Below the pieces are notes generated by a model. The model was not told the origin of the DNA. It worked only from the letters and a program-made list of their open reading frames with translations, and searched no databases. From contig NW_021832384.1 in NCBI RefSeq assembly GCF_006345805.1, forward strand, positions 1 through 64,000: a stretch of 64,000 bases of DNA. The letters run 5' to 3'. Below, one piece after another: positions 63,917 through 64,000 of the stretch (the first letter of the stretch is position 1; every line of letters begins with the position of its first letter). The translations under genes were made by a program, and so were the position numbers. This DNA is from Octopus sinensis (taxonomy: Eukaryota).

Positions 63917-64000
63917 CATACATCCATTTATATAACTAAGAACAAGTTAAGAGAAACAACTCAGGGCTAAGATGAATTTGAATAACAAGTTCTATGCAAG

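Overview
AT-rich, repeat-dominated animal genomic DNA. The SINE families and the (TA)n/(CAT)n landscape look like a coleoid cephalopod (Octopus); this is recognition, not a database result. The only intact gene is a SOCS4/5-type suppressor of cytokine signalling on the minus strand. Its main coding exon is 25689-27253, and a phase-compatible upstream coding exon is predicted at 29707-29761. The rest is nested mobile DNA. Retroelements: four recurring short retroposon families (labelled A-D here), decayed R2-like, RTE and Penelope-like elements, and a solo LTR. DNA elements: mariner, hAT and Tigger remnants, a complete non-autonomous Helitron, a Merlin-like MITE and TTAA-flanked MITEs. Microsatellites reach 3 kb. 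Most interesting: (1) ~200-bp (TA)n-embedded units carrying minimal type-I hammerhead-ribozyme-like motifs, one of them in sense orientation inside the predicted SOCS intron; (2) a ~210-nt fold-back hairpin starting 78 nt after the SOCS stop codon, a candidate ADAR substrate; (3) SINE multimers bracketed by single target-site duplications (TSDs); (4) SINE 3'-tail swapping. All calls were made by eye, so repeat boundaries are approximate unless a TSD or terminal inverted repeat (TIR) is quoted.
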